Source: Octopus vulgaris
Taxonomy: Eukaryota
NCBI GenBank assembly: GCA_951406725.2
Contig: OX597842.1
Location: 2,232,001 to 2,296,000, forward strand
Length of the DNA: 64,000 nucleotides
Reading direction: 5' to 3'
Shown here: piece by piece, positions 14,147 through 27,189 of the stretch
Position numbering within the stretch: the stretch's first letter is position 1
Layout: every line of letters starts with the position of its first letter
Position numbers and translations under genes: made by a program
The notes under the pieces: generated by a model
Databases searched by the model: none
What the model saw: the letters and a program-made list of their open reading frames with translations, nothing else
What the model was told of the DNA's origin: nothing

Positions 14147-14460
14147 CTCTCTCTCTCTCTCACTCACTCAGTCTCACTCACACACAGTCTCACACACACA
14201 CAGTCACACACACACACAATCACTTACACACACACAGTCACTCACACACTCAGTTACACACACACAGTCTCACACACACACACACACACAATCTCATACA
14301 TACACAGAATCTCATACACACACACAGTCTCACACACACACACACACTGTCACACACACACACTCATACACACTCTCTCTCTCTCTCACTCACAACAGTC
14401 TCATACACACACACACATACCACACAGAGTCTCTCTCTCTCTCACGCACACACAGAGCCA
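13100..14460. repeat. (CTAT/CTGT)n, (CT)n and (CA)n microsatellite field
   Basis: Visible runs. Confidence 0.9.
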
Positions 14461-14639
14461 GCAAGTCATCTCTCCAAGTGTTCCTCTTCTGTCCTTCAGC
14501 TAAGATATCAGCCTAGCACGACACAAACAACGAAAACAACAACAACAACAGCAATTAATACAAAGAATAACAGCATCAACATCAATGGCTATATTTGGAG
14601 AAAGAAATGACCATGGACGACGATGACAGTGCTGTGCAG

Positions 14640-15410
14640 CAATGACAACAACAATGACGACACTGACAGCTACAATGACAATGATAATTATGATGATGAT
14701 GATGATGGTGATGGTAGTTGTGGTGATGGTAGTGGTGGTGATGATGATGGTGATATTGATGATGATGATGATGATGATGGTGGAAGTGGTGATGGTAGTA
14801 GTGGTGGTGATGATGGTGATATTGATGATGATGATGATGATGATGAGGAAAGTGGTGATGGTAGTGGTGGTGATGATGATGGTGATATTGATGATGATGA
14901 TGATGATTATGAGGAAAGTGGTGATGGTAGTGGTGGTGATGATGATGGTGATATTGATGATGATGATGGTGATGGTGAAAGTGGTGATGGTAGTGGTGGT
15001 GGTGAGGATGGTGATAATTACATTGATGGTGATGATGATGGTGATTATGATGGTAATTGTGATGATGATGATGACAATAATGATGATGACAATGATGATG
15101 ATGACAATGATGATGATGACAATGATGATGATGACAATGATGATGACGCTAACGATGGTCGCAGCAGAGGCATTGTCAGAAAGGGTGATGGTGTAAGTGG
15201 TAGTGGTGGTGGTGTAAGTAGAGATGGTAGTGGTGATGATGATGGTGATTATGATGATGGTGATATTGATGATAATTGTGATGATGTGGTATTGATGATG
15301 ACTATGATGATGATGACAATGATGTTGAAGATGATGATGATGGTAATGACGGTGGCAGCAGCGGCATTGTCGGAAAGGGTGATGGTATAAGTGGTGGTGG
15401 TGGTGGTGTT
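14640..15410. repeat. (GAT/GGT)n field containing a ~60 bp minisatellite (14720-15000)
   Basis: Unit gaaagtggtgatggtagtggtggtgatgatgatggtgatattgatgat occurs 4-5 times. Confidence 0.85.
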
Positions 15411-15507
15411 TGAGTTTATTGCTGTCGCAGCAGGAGGTAAGGTGGTTGTAATAGAGAAACTGCGTTAGTTAAGAGGCAGACGTATTGGACAGCTGTGGGA
15501 GGGTTTT

Positions 15508-15547
<40 letters not shown>

Positions 15548-15927
15548 TGTGTGTGACATGAACTCCAGATGATGGGAGAACCTGCTCGGAATGTATATTT
15601 GTCTTCTGGATGTTGTTTGTGCTGTTTGTATGTATGTGTAAGTTTGTGTTTGTGTACGTAAATACATGCAGTCATATATGTGTGTGTGTGTGTGTGTATA
15701 AAATAGATATGTATTTATAAATGCATATAAAATATATGTATATACATTTATAGATTACCTATGTATAATACATATAGAAAAGATATCTATCTATCTATCT
15801 ATCTATCTATATATATATATAAAATTATAGGTAGATTAGATAGATACCTTAATGCCTGAAGTATATATATATAGAGAGAGATGTATATATTTACATACAT
15901 ATACATATTTGTATATATATACATGTA

Positions 15928-16270
15928 TGGCACCTTGGGCAAGTGTCTTCTGCTATAGCCTCGGGCCGACCAAAGCCTTGTTAGTGGATTTGGTAGACGG
16001 AAACTGAAAGAAGCCTGTCATATATGTGTATATATATATGTATGTGTATGTGTGTGTATATGTTTGTGTGTCTGTGTTTGTCCCCCCCAACATTGCTTGA
16101 CAACCGATGCTGGTGTATTTACGTCCCCGTCACTTAGCGATTCAGCAAAAGAGACCAATAGAATAAGTACTGGGCTTACAAAGAATAAGTCCCGGGGTCG
16201 ATTTGCTCGACTAAAGGTGGTGCTCCAGCATGGCCGCAGTCAAATGACTGAAACAAGTAAAAGAGTAAAG
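15928..16270 (+). mobile_element. SINE family A, 5'-truncated
   Basis: Matches the family A consensus. Confidence 0.9.
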
Positions 16271-16388
16271 AGAGAGAGAGTATGTATATTTATATACTTA
16301 CATATATATTTTTATATACATTCATACATACACACATATATGTATGTATTTATCCAGCCATCCCTCTCTTTATATATATATATATATA

Positions 16389-17203
16389 TTACATGGGAAA
16401 ATGCAAGCAAAAGAAATAATATTCTTGGAAAAGTACAGGACAAGTTATTACACTTGGAAAAGTTAAGAATAAATCATTACATCTGGTAAAGTACAGAACA
16501 AAGGATAAAATTTCAAATAAAATATTTAGATTTAGAAAATATTAGTGAAAAAATTTTTTGTAAGTTATTACTTCTATTTGTTATTACTTGTTACTTCTAT
16601 TAAAATTAAAAAAGAACTCAATTAAAATATTTTTTGCACTTTTAAAAAATTCATATTTTTAACTATTAGTTAATATTTAGAAATTTGAAAATAGGTTATA
16701 AAAAATAATAGTAGTACATAATTAGTTAGTACAATAAATAGAATACAAAAATTAGTTATATGTCACAGTAAAATCTACCAGTAACAACAAATTCACAGTA
16801 AAATTTGTTTGAGTTTTTGCCTTGGTTATTGCCAAGTCTTCATATTTTTAGTCTTGACCCAATGCCTATTTTTTACATAATGAATCTGCCTACCATATAT
16901 ACTGTTCTACTTTGCATAAAACTTTAGCTATGTTGGTGCTTCTGGATCTCATTTCTTAAGTATTCTAGTGTGTGAATATTTTCACAAAATGATGGTACCT
17001 TTTTACATTATAATATTACTTTGTAAATTAAAATCAAATAATTTTTAATATTCAAATTTTATCCTTAGCAACAATATTTTAAGTAAAAAATTTCTTGTTC
17101 TCTACTTTACCAGATATAATAACTTGCCTTGGACTTTTCCATGTGTAATAACTTGTCCTGTAATTTTCCAGGTTTATAATCTTGCGCACATTTTTCCATG
17201 TAA
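16389..17203. mobile_element. Foldback/MITE-like element with ~115 bp terminal inverted repeats built from ~30 bp subrepeats
   Basis: ttacatgggaaaatgc...ggaaaagtacaggacaagttattacac...tctggtaaagtacagaacaa vs ttgttctctactttaccaga...gtgtaataacttgtcctgtaattttcca...ttttccatgtaa. Confidence 0.7.
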
Positions 17204-17905
17204 TCCATGCTTTTTCCCAAGCTATGCTATTATGCTAATTAATAATGTGTCAATTAATAATTTAAAATTTTACCTTATGCTTTCTTCTCTCATTTAAGTT
17301 TAAGATAAATATATTTTGCTTTTGAAATAAAAAAGTTATTAAGATCTAAACTTGATTGGAGGTGTTACTTACAGGGACCAGTGCTCTTCAAAAATATTAA
17401 CAGTTTTTAATTTGGTTTAGAACTGAATTAGCAACAAGCTCTGAAAGATGTTGTCTGTGAGGAAATTGTGGCCTCAAGAGTATTATTCAACTACTATCAT
17501 AGTTGAATGATTCTTTGAGAAGTCTTAAAAACTGAGAAATTCCTGTCAATGTAAACTACTATGATTCTGTTTCTCATCTCAGATATTACAGTATGCCGGT
17601 AACATATTAAAAGTCCCCTAATAGAACTATATTCATAAAAAACTATAGAACTATATTATCGCCCTCAAATTTGAGAAACAAACATTCATAACTTTTTTTT
17701 TTTAAACTTTATTCATACCATGAAATTCCTCAAAGTGAGCTCTATCATTTAAGGTTAATTAAAATATAATTTGTCTTTAAAATAAAGAAGTTAATTATAT
17801 TTAAATCCAGTTTTTTTACCTTACTTGTATTTTTCATGATATTTTACCTCACAACTGTTTTGGTACAAATTTTTGCTGCATGGAACCAAAACTATAAAAT
17901 TCCTC

Positions 17906-17943
<38 letters not shown>

Positions 17944-17964
17944 ATGTATGTATATATATATGTG

Positions 17965-18145
17965 TGTAAGATCGTTAGCCACTACACACACTTTTTCTCT
18001 CCTTGTTTTTTCTGTGTCCCTTTCTGTAGAAGAGCGTAGGCTCGAAACGTAAAAGACGTTTTCTATTCCTGAGCATTATACTAATACATCTGTTTGTTTT
18101 GTACACCACCTGTCTTCAACTTTTGTTTTTTTCATAAACTCTCCT
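17965..18145 (+). mobile_element. PLE-like terminal-repeat fragment with a degenerate minimal hammerhead (18020-18055)
   Basis: cttt-CTGTAGA-agagc-gtag-gctc-GAAA-cg-TA-aaag, lying between TA tracts. Confidence 0.5.
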
Positions 18146-18359
18146 TATATATATATATATATATATATATAAAGGTGGTACCCCAAATTTTGAGCTGCAG
18201 TTTGTAGAGGAAAAAGGAGATCTAATTCTCTGTTGGTTCGCCAGAAGTGATAAATTACCGGACTCAATAGAAATGTAGGGCACCCTTTAATACATTCTAA
18301 TAGAAAGGTTCCAATTTCCTGTTTCGTTGTTTCATTCAGAAACCTTTCTGAACGACATG

Positions 18360-18790
18360 TGCGTCTCTATGTTGTGTTTGTCTCCCACCACCGCTTTACA
18401 ACCGATGTTTGTTTGTTTATGTCCCCTCTGTAATGTAGCAGTTCTACAAAAGGTGAATGATAGAATAAGTACCAGGTTTACAAAATAAGAACTAAGGTCG
18501 GTTTGGTTGACCAAATCCATCAAGGCGGTGCTCCAGCAAGGCCAAAGACTAGTGATAGAAACAAGTGAAAGATGAAAGATAATATATATATATATACATA
18601 TATATATACTTTTATATATATAGTTGCAGGCATGGTTGTGGGGTAAAAAGCTTGCTTACTAATCACCTGGTTCCAGGTTCAGTCCCACTGCATGGCACCT
18701 TGGGCAAGTGTCTTCTACTATAGCCTCAGGCCAACCGAAGCCTTGTAAGTGGATTTGGTTGATAGAAACTGAAAGAAGATTGTTGTATGT
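18360..18790 (+). mobile_element. Two partial SINE family A copies
   Basis: 3' half at 18360-18580 and 5' half at 18625-18790. Confidence 0.8.
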
Positions 18791-18809
18791 ATATATATAT
18801 ATATATATA

Positions 18810-19199
18810 CTAGCAGTATCGCCTGGCGTTGCTCGGGTTTGTAAGGGAAATAACTATATAAGCATTTTTAGAGAGTTAGAGCAAAAAAATGCATTAAAAA
18901 TGGAAAAAAAATGATGGTAAATTTTTTTTTAAATCGTTGACTCATCGTAGACATTTTTAGAGAGTTACTTCCCTTATATAATAGCGAAAAAAATGCATTA
19001 AAATGGAAAAAAATGATGGTAAATTTTTTTTAAAATCATAGACTCATCGTAGACGCGCGCTAATACCCAGAAAGGCTTGATATGAATCACGACTATAAGA
19101 TACCTGGTTTGGGTTAAACTGCACCGCAAAATGTGGGAGTAGTTAGGAATCTAAATCGTAGGAGACAGACACACACAATTTCTCTTTTATATATAAAGA
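18810..19199 (-). mobile_element. Non-autonomous Helitron
   Basis: Minus strand begins TC(tttatatataaaag) and ends with a GC-rich hairpin-like cccgagcaacgccaggcg then CTAG. Inserted between A and T with no TSD; contains an internal ~95 bp duplication. Confidence 0.8.
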
Positions 19200-19384
19200 T
19201 ATATATATATATCATCATCATCACCATCATTGTTTAATGTCCACCTTCCATGACAGCATGGGTTAGATGGTGTGACAGGAGCCGGCCTAGGAAGAACCTG
19301 TACCTGACTTCTGCATTTGTTTCTATAGAGGGTTTTTTTATGGCTGGAGGTTCTTCCTAACACCAACTATGCATGTATATATCA

Positions 19385-20210
19385 TCATCATCATCATCAT
19401 CATTTAACGTCCGCTTTCCATGCTAGCATGGGTTGGACGGTTCAACTGGGGTCTGGGGAGCCCGAAAGCTGCACCAGTCCAGTCAGATCTGGCAGTGTTT
19501 CTACAGCTGGATGCCCTTCCTAACGCCAACCACTCCGAGAGTGTAGTGGGTGATTTTATGTGCCACCGACACAGGTGCCAGACGAGGCTGGCAAACGGCC
19601 ACGCTCGGATGGTGTTTTTTATGTGCCACCGACACAGGTGCCAGACGAGGCTGGCAGACGGCCACGCTCGGATGGTGTTTTTATGTGCCACCGACACAGG
19701 TGCCAGATGAGGCTGGCAAACGGCCACGATCGGATGGTGCTTGTTACGTGCCCACAGCATGGAGGCCAGTCGATGCAGTACTGGCTACGGCCACGTTCGG
19801 ATGGTTTTCTTGTGTGCCACGTGCCACCGGCACTGGTACCACAAAGATACAAATTCCATTGATGTTCATCTATTTTGATTTGTTTTGATTTTCACTTGCC
19901 TCAACAGGTCTTCACAAGTGTCACAAGAAGGAAGGTATGCACAGGTGGACTGACTACGTCCCAGGTAGGGGCCATGGGTTATGGCCTGACTAGTCTTGCC
20001 GGGTCTTCGGATGGTGTTTTTATGTGCCACCGACACAGGTGCTAGATGAGGCTGGCGAACGGCCACGATCGGATGGTGTTTGTCATGTGCCCACCGCACT
20101 GACTACAGCACTGATGGATTTCTTGTGTGCCACAGGCACTGGTACCACAAGATACAAATTCCATTGATGTTCATCTATTTTGTCTATTTTGATTTGATTT
20201 GATTTGGGTC
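19385..20210 (-). mobile_element. SINE family C with internal ~63 bp tandem repeats
   Basis: atgtgccaccgacacaggtgccagacgaggctggcaaacggccacgctcggatggtgtttt occurs 3 times at 19558-19740 and again at ~20020. Confidence 0.9.
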
Positions 20211-20339
20211 AAAGATCACTTACAAAATAAGTTCCATATTCCTCACATTTGCCAGACATGCTTCAGTCTTATAAAATTGAATAAGATAAATAAAATGATG
20301 AATACACATGTACTTGTAAATGATGTACAAGATGAATAA

Positions 20340-20419
20340 TCATAATAATAATAATAATAATAGTAATAATAATAATAGTAATAATAATAATAATAATAAT
20401 AGTAATAATAATAGTAATG

Positions 20420-20466
<47 letters not shown>

Positions 20467-20532
20467 GTAATGATGATAATAATAATAATAATAATAATAA
20501 TAGTAATAATAATAATAATAATAATAGTAATG

Positions 20533-20592
<60 letters not shown>

Positions 20593-20703
20593 GTAATAAT
20601 AATAGTAATGATAATAATAATAATAATAATAATAATAATAGTAATAATAATAGTAATGATAATAATAATAATAATAATAATAATAGTAATAATAATAGTA
20701 ATG

Positions 20704-20739
<36 letters not shown>

Positions 20740-20769
20740 GCAATAATAATAATAATAATAATAGTAATG

Positions 20770-20817
<48 letters not shown>

Positions 20818-20835
20818 GTAATAATAATAGTAATG

Positions 20836-20880
<45 letters not shown>

Positions 20881-20898
20881 GTAATAATAATAGTAATG

Positions 20899-20934
<36 letters not shown>

Positions 20935-20964
20935 GTAATAATAATAATAATAATAATAGTAATG

Positions 20965-21014
<50 letters not shown>

Positions 21015-21032
21015 GTAATAATAATAGTAATG

Positions 21033-21077
<45 letters not shown>

Positions 21078-21118
21078 GTAATAATAATAGTAATGATAAT
21101 AATAATAATAATAATAAT
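20340..21118. repeat. ~780 bp interrupted (AAT)n microsatellite
   Basis: AAT run with periodic agtaatgat interruptions. Confidence 0.97.
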
Positions 21119-21662
21119 GCCGTGACGCAGTACCAGCCATTGGCTCTCATGGCTTCTGATTGGAAGTGTTATCATGTACATTGTTTTGTCTTGGTATAAA
21201 AGATGAGCTACAGCAAATATTCTGCTCAATACCACAGATTTGCTTGTCAGTTGTTTGACCTTAACCAGTTGAGCATGTCCCTTAGTGGCTGATGATATGT
21301 GCATCTCTGATCACGAGCAGAAGTAGTGGGGGAGCATCATAGCCATGTGTTGAGAGGGATTCTTTGGGATTTGAATAATTCACCTCTGGAAACATGGGTG
21401 GTTCATTCAACATCCTTAAACAACCCTTATACAGGGACCTCTTGAGTAGGATGGGCTACTCGACCTGAAGAAAATTCTAACTGGGCCCCACCTGCAAGGT
21501 CATGTGTTGTTTATCTTGATATGAGATTACCATGTCGCGCACATATGGTTGTGATGCATGTGCCTGGTGTACCTTTATCAGACGGGTAGTCATGATGGGT
21601 ATACTGGGCTTCGTATATTTTACCTCAATGTCACTTTGATGGCAATCACTGCTCTCTCACTC
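21119..21662 (+). mobile_element. ~540 bp non-coding retroposon-like element embedded in (AAT)n
   Basis: Complex sequence with (AAT)n on both sides. I recognise it as a common octopus repeat (inference). Confidence 0.6.
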
Positions 21663-21768
21663 AATAATAATTATATCAATAATAATAATAATAATGATAA
21701 TAATAATAATATAATATCAATAAAATCTCAAATGTTTTGGTGCTTGACTTTTGGCCCATGCTGTATAT

Positions 21769-21809
<41 letters not shown>

Positions 21810-22794
21810 CATTTATATATATAAATAAATATATGTATACACAAACACACCCATATAAATACATATGAATACTTGCATTGTATGTAATAATGAGACACCA
21901 TGTCATATGTGAACAATACAGTTGACTTTGATATGGTTGACGTGAAAGAAGAAGAAAGAAAGGTCAGTGGATGATTTCTAAACAGAAGGACTGAAGTGAG
22001 ATTAAATTGTTCTGGAACTTTCCACGAGATAATTCTGATTTCAAAATTTGACATCTAGTACACTAGCAGCCGTCAGAGTAAAAGGAAACAGCAAAGACGC
22101 ACAGACAGACTAGAGCAGGCCAGAAACGACTTTCTAATTAGCATCTCAGTTCTGACATCTCTGAAGAGCACACAGCAAAAACAGCATTGGAAGACAAAGA
22201 GAGAAAAGTATGAAGTGGCTGATAAGGCCTCCTAAGTTTGAAATCTTTGAATTTTGCTTTTTTTATTTCTCCCTGGCATTGCAAGAAGATTCACGTTGAA
22301 GCGAGGACTCTGCTCTTTTGTCTGCGAGTCTCACAGGATGTATACCTGTCAGGATGTCATGAATCCGTCTTAGGTTTGTGTTTACTCAAGCGACGGGCAG
22401 GTGAGGAGGGAGTGGCATGGACGGATAGGTGGATGGAGCGAGGGAGGGAAGTGGGAAGTGTTACGGCTTGCGTCTTCTGAAGACTTAGCAGTGTTAGGGA
22501 ATTAATGCCGGCTTTTAACGCCAGTTTAATTGGTCAGCAGATATTTGTTGTTGAATATTTCATCTGTCTCATGCCACAGGGACATACATGTCAATGTGCA
22601 TGCATGCATGTGTGTGTGTGTCTCTGTCAGTCTGCCTGTCTGTGTGTGTGTCTGTTGGCAGATATGTATATTTGTGTTTATAAACATATACCTCATCTAT
22701 CTAGCTCTCTGTCTGTCTGGAAAAATAGATAGACAGATGATATGTATACACACATGCATATATATACATATATATATAGGCACGGGAGTGGCTA

Positions 22795-22966
22795 TGACAA
22801 GCTTCTTTCAGTTTCCATCTACCAAATCCACTACCAATTCCACTCCCAAGGCTTTGGTTAGCCCAAAGCTATAGTAGAAGACACATGTCAAAGGTGCCAT
22901 GCAGTGGGACTGAACCTGAAACCATGTTGTTGAGAAGCAAGCTTCTTACCACACAACCTTGCCTGC

Positions 22967-22967
<1 letters not shown>
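22795..22967 (-). mobile_element. SINE family A, 5' half
   Basis: Reverse complement of the family A head. Confidence 0.8.
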
Positions 22968-23010
<43 letters not shown>

Positions 23011-23081
23011 GCCTGCCTATCTATCTACCTATGTATGTATGTATGTATGTATGTATGTATGTATGTATGTATGTATGTATG

Positions 23082-23114
<33 letters not shown>

Positions 23115-23177
23115 GCCTGCCTATCTATCTACCTATGTATGTATGTATGTATGTATGTATGTATGTATGTATGTATG

Positions 23178-23258
<81 letters not shown>

Positions 23259-23320
23259 ATAGAAATGGTAAGACCAGAAAAGAAAGAAAGAGACCTCAAT
23301 ATTATGTAAATGGAGGAATT

Positions 23321-23542
23321 TATCTGTAAATATAATATGTGACAATTATTCAGTAGCCAAGATAAAACTCTGAGTTTCAGATGTCAGGGCAGAAACCCAT
23401 GCCACCATCTCTTCAGTTATCCGGCCATCAAAAAGTGACCTGATTACTGAAAAGATGCTGGCGTGGGTTTCCGCCCTGACATCCGAAACTTGGAGTTTAA
23501 TCATAGCTACTAAATAATTGCTACATGTTATATTTACAGATA
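23321..23542. mobile_element. Inverted pair of PLE-like terminal repeats, each with a minimal hammerhead motif (23361-23421 minus, 23442-23502 plus)
   Basis: Arms 23321-23421 and 23442-23542 are reverse complements. Minus copy: gataa-CTGAAGA-gatg..catct-GAAA-ctcagag-TT-ttatc. Confidence 0.7.
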
Positions 23543-23552
23543 TATATATATA

Positions 23553-23793
23553 ACACCATCCGAGCGTGGCCGTCTGCCAGCCTCGTCTGGCACCTGTGTC
23601 GGTGGAACATAAAATCACCCACTACACTCTCGGAGTGGTTGGCGTTAGGAAGGGCATCCAGCTGTAGAAACACTGCCAGATCTGACTGGCCTGGTGCAGC
23701 CTTCGAGCTTGCCAGACCCCAGTTGAACCGTCCAACCCATGCTAGCATGGAAAGCGGACGTTAAACGATGATGATGATGATGATGATGATGAT
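23553..23793 (+). mobile_element. SINE family C, 3' part with (GAT)n tail
   Basis: Near-identical reverse complement of parts of 19385-19680. Confidence 0.92.
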
Positions 23794-23853
23794 ATATATA
23801 TACATGTATCTGTATATAAATATAAAATTTTGGAGAGAATCATTCTCTTTTCA

Positions 23854-24258
23854 TGCCTTATTGATATAACATTCTCACCAATTTTCACTCATTTATTTAT
23901 TTATTTTAATTAAAATTTTCATTGCGACTCATAAACTTTTCAATAGTCATTGATTCTATTATCAGAATTGCGTTCTTTTACTTCCTTTTGTACGCATGTT
24001 TGTGCATCAGCACACTCATATGTATATAAATGCACACAGCCACTGATGCACACCCATGCATACAAAGAGAAAAAGGAATGCAATTCCGAAAACAGATTAA
24101 GTCGACTATTGAAAAGATTGCAAGTCAAAAAGTTGAGTTAAAATAAATAAATAAATCAGCGGTGGTGCCCCAGCATGGCCACGGCCTTCTGGCTAAAACA
24201 TTTTTAAGGATTTAAGGAAATGAGTGGAAATCAGTGATAGTGTTATATCAATAAGGCA
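23854..24258. repeat. Degenerate inverted repeat (arms 23854-24010 and 24043-24258); right arm interrupted by a ~60 bp SINE-tail fragment
   Basis: tgccttattgatataaca / tgttatatcaataaggca; ttttcaatagtc / gactattgaaaa; tgtgcatcag / ctgatgcaca. Confidence 0.75.
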
Positions 24259-24380
24259 CTATGACTCTTCCTAGACACAATAAAAATATGCTTCAACACA
24301 CAATTTCAGAAAAAGAATCTTGCAAACCAAATACAAAAGCGAATCATCACTGGTCCCATTTTTTACCGTGGACTACGTAC

Positions 24381-24780
24381 AGGCGCAGGAGTGGCTATGT
24401 GGTAAGTAGCTTGCTTACCAACCACATGGTTCCGGGTTCAGTCCCACTGCATGGCACCTTGAGCAAGTGTCTTCAATAGCCTCGGGCTGACCAAAGCCTT
24501 GTCAGTGGATTTGGTAGACAGAAACTGATGAAGCCTGTCGTATATATGTATATATATATATATATGTGTATATATGTGTGTGTATCTGTGTTTGTCTCCC
24601 CAATATTGCTTGACAACCGATGGTGGTGTGTTTACGTCCCTGTAACTTAGCAGTTCGGCAAAAGAGATTGATAGAATAAGTACTAGGCTTACAAAGAATA
24701 AGTCCTGGGGTAGATTTGCTCGACTAAAGGCGGTGCTGGAGCATGGCCATAGTCAAATGATTGAAACAAGTAAAAGAGTA
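24381..24780 (+). mobile_element. SINE family A, full length
   Basis: Runs from ggcgcaggagtggctatgtggtaag to gaaacaagtaaaagag. Confidence 0.92.
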
Positions 24781-25062
24781 TATATACAATGAGTATATAG
24801 GGTTAAATCATCCAGGTGGGTGCCATATGGGCACCCAGGTATAGCCTGAGTTCAGATTAACTGCATCAAGTAATAAGGAGCAAGAACCTAGGATTACTTA
24901 GCGTGGTAATCCCACTGTAATTCATCCTGTGGGAAAATCCTGGGTTTTCTTCACTGGATTAAGAATATGAGTATATCGAAGACAATTACAGTGAATATGG
25001 AGATCTGTAGATCTGCATGTTTGTTATTTCTGCAGTCAGTTATACCAGCATATTTGGTTTAA

Positions 25063-26135
25063 CCCTTTCGTTACCAAACCGCCCAAAGCCGCCTGAATTT
25101 ACCTATTCATATTTAAATGAGAATATCAGAGCAAATCTCTTTAGTACATTCGTGAAAACACGTGATTATGCTTCGTAAACAGTTTATCTATAGTTTTGTA
25201 GAAAGATCGACGTGTAATTTTAATTCCCTGAATTTTGGGAGATTTTTTTCCACATTTTTTTCGGCATCGATTTTTCTTCAACTTTGAAAATGGATAGGAG
25301 TTTCATGTTATCAAGCATTGATTCCAAATTGGAAAATTTGTGAAACAAATACTGGGTACTGTTGTGGATTTAGTTTTTATACAGGGAAACTAATGTTAGT
25401 CAGCATGACTTAAGGTATGATGTGGTCTGGAAGTTATTGTTTGAAGCGATCAATGCGGAAACAAACTTACGCAAAATGTAAACAAACACAAAATAGGGGT
25501 TCAAGTTTCGGAAAATTTGTGAAGCAAATACTGGGTACTGCGTGGATTTCGTTTCTATACAGGGAAAATAATGTTAGTCAGCATGGCCTAGGGAACGATG
25601 TGGTCTGGAATTTATCACTTCCATACCATAACCAGGGCCGTATATTATTTTTTGACCGATTTCTTTAGTTCGGTCAAACTTGCGGCGGATTCCAGTATTT
25701 CACTTTATTCCACCTTTATGGTACACCTGTTGTGCATTAAATTCAACTGATGATATAGTGATGTGCACAATTCTTCTTTATCAAAATTTTGTTGCATACC
25801 CATTTGAATATTAGCTGATGATTCATTTTCTATGGTGATGTTTAAACAAAATTTTAATATTTTTACCTTTTGCTCAATTTAAAATTTTAATATTTTTACC
25901 TTTTGCTCAGTTTACCTGGATTTACCTGTCATTAAAGTCACTTTGAGACAAAAGTTATGCAATAGAATTGATTAAGAACCCTTTCTTTAATTATGTTCCA
26001 AATATCACATTAATATGTTGATAAGTAAAAAAGTTACAGTTATTTAATGAAACAAGCCTAGATTCATGATTATTTTAGAATTTAGTTGAAACTCATGAGG
26101 GGTGTATTTTGGTCAGAAATATAGTAACGAAAGGG
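25063..26135. mobile_element. Non-autonomous piggyBac-type element with TTAA target duplications
   Basis: TTAA-ccctttcgttac ... gtaacgaaaggg-TTAA (12 bp perfect TIR). Internal ~105 bp direct repeat at 25330 and 25510. Confidence 0.85.
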
Positions 26136-26234
26136 TTAAATATGGCCAGAATGGATTTCTGCTGCATTGGCAACTAGCAACTGTGTTTGTATTGAGCTGT
26201 TTTTTCACTATTAAGCTTTACAGGTCTGTCCAGA

Positions 26235-26476
26235 GAGATAGGTAGATAGAAAGATAGATAGGTAGGTAGGTAGGTAGGTAGGTAGATAAGATAGATTGAT
26301 AGATTGCTTGATTGATTGATTCATTGATTGATAAGATAAGATTTGATAGATAAGATAGATAGATAGACTGACATGCGGACAGATAGATAGACAGACAGAC
26401 AGGCAGACAAACACACAGATTCGTAGATAGACAGACAGACAGACAGACAGGCAGGCAGGCAGGCTGATAGATAGAT

Positions 26477-26507
<31 letters not shown>

Positions 26508-26608
26508 TAGATAGATAGATGGGCAGACAGACAGACAGACAGATAGTTGGATAGATAGATAGACAGATAGATAGATAGACAGATAGATAGATAGATAGAT
26601 AGATAGAC

Positions 26609-26642
<34 letters not shown>

Positions 26643-26790
26643 GATAGACAGATAGACAGACTGATAGATAAACAGATAGATAGGTGGTTGTATACATAGA
26701 TAGATGGATGGATGGATGGATTGATGGGTGGGCGGGCAGACGGACTGATAGGTGGATGAATTGATGGATAGATAGATAGACAGACAGAAA
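26235..26790. repeat. (GATA/GACA)n microsatellite field
   Basis: Visible runs. Confidence 0.92.
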
Positions 26791-27189
26791 AACATACAGG
26801 CATGCACTTACATATTAAGACAGGAAGGAACGATATGAAGTAGATTTAGGTACTATTTCTAGTGACTTTAGCCACCAGATTGTTCCTCTGTCTCTGACTT
26901 CGTGCATTAGTATGCATGTACGTGTGCACTTAGTCCTGGCATGTGGCATTGTGTTTTGATGCTGCTTTCAAATAGCAAGGTGACAATGTTCTATGGTTCG
27001 GTGCAGTGTTGAGGTGTTGCTAAATGGTGCATTGTAGTGCAATGTGGTATGGAGGTGCAGTGTGCGGTGTTGCACTATGAGCAGAGAGCTTTGTTGTTCA
27101 GAGATGAGGTGTTTAGGCAATGGTATGTGGTGTGACAGGCATCTTGGATTGGTGCAATGGTAGTGGCGCTTGCGTTAGGCGACTTATGA

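Noticed and set aside
14623-15390. D/G-rich 255 aa ORF
   Set aside because: Translation of a GAT/GGT minisatellite with no unique domain.
20243-21304. 353 aa poly-I/L/Y ORF
   Set aside because: Translation of the (AAT)n microsatellite.
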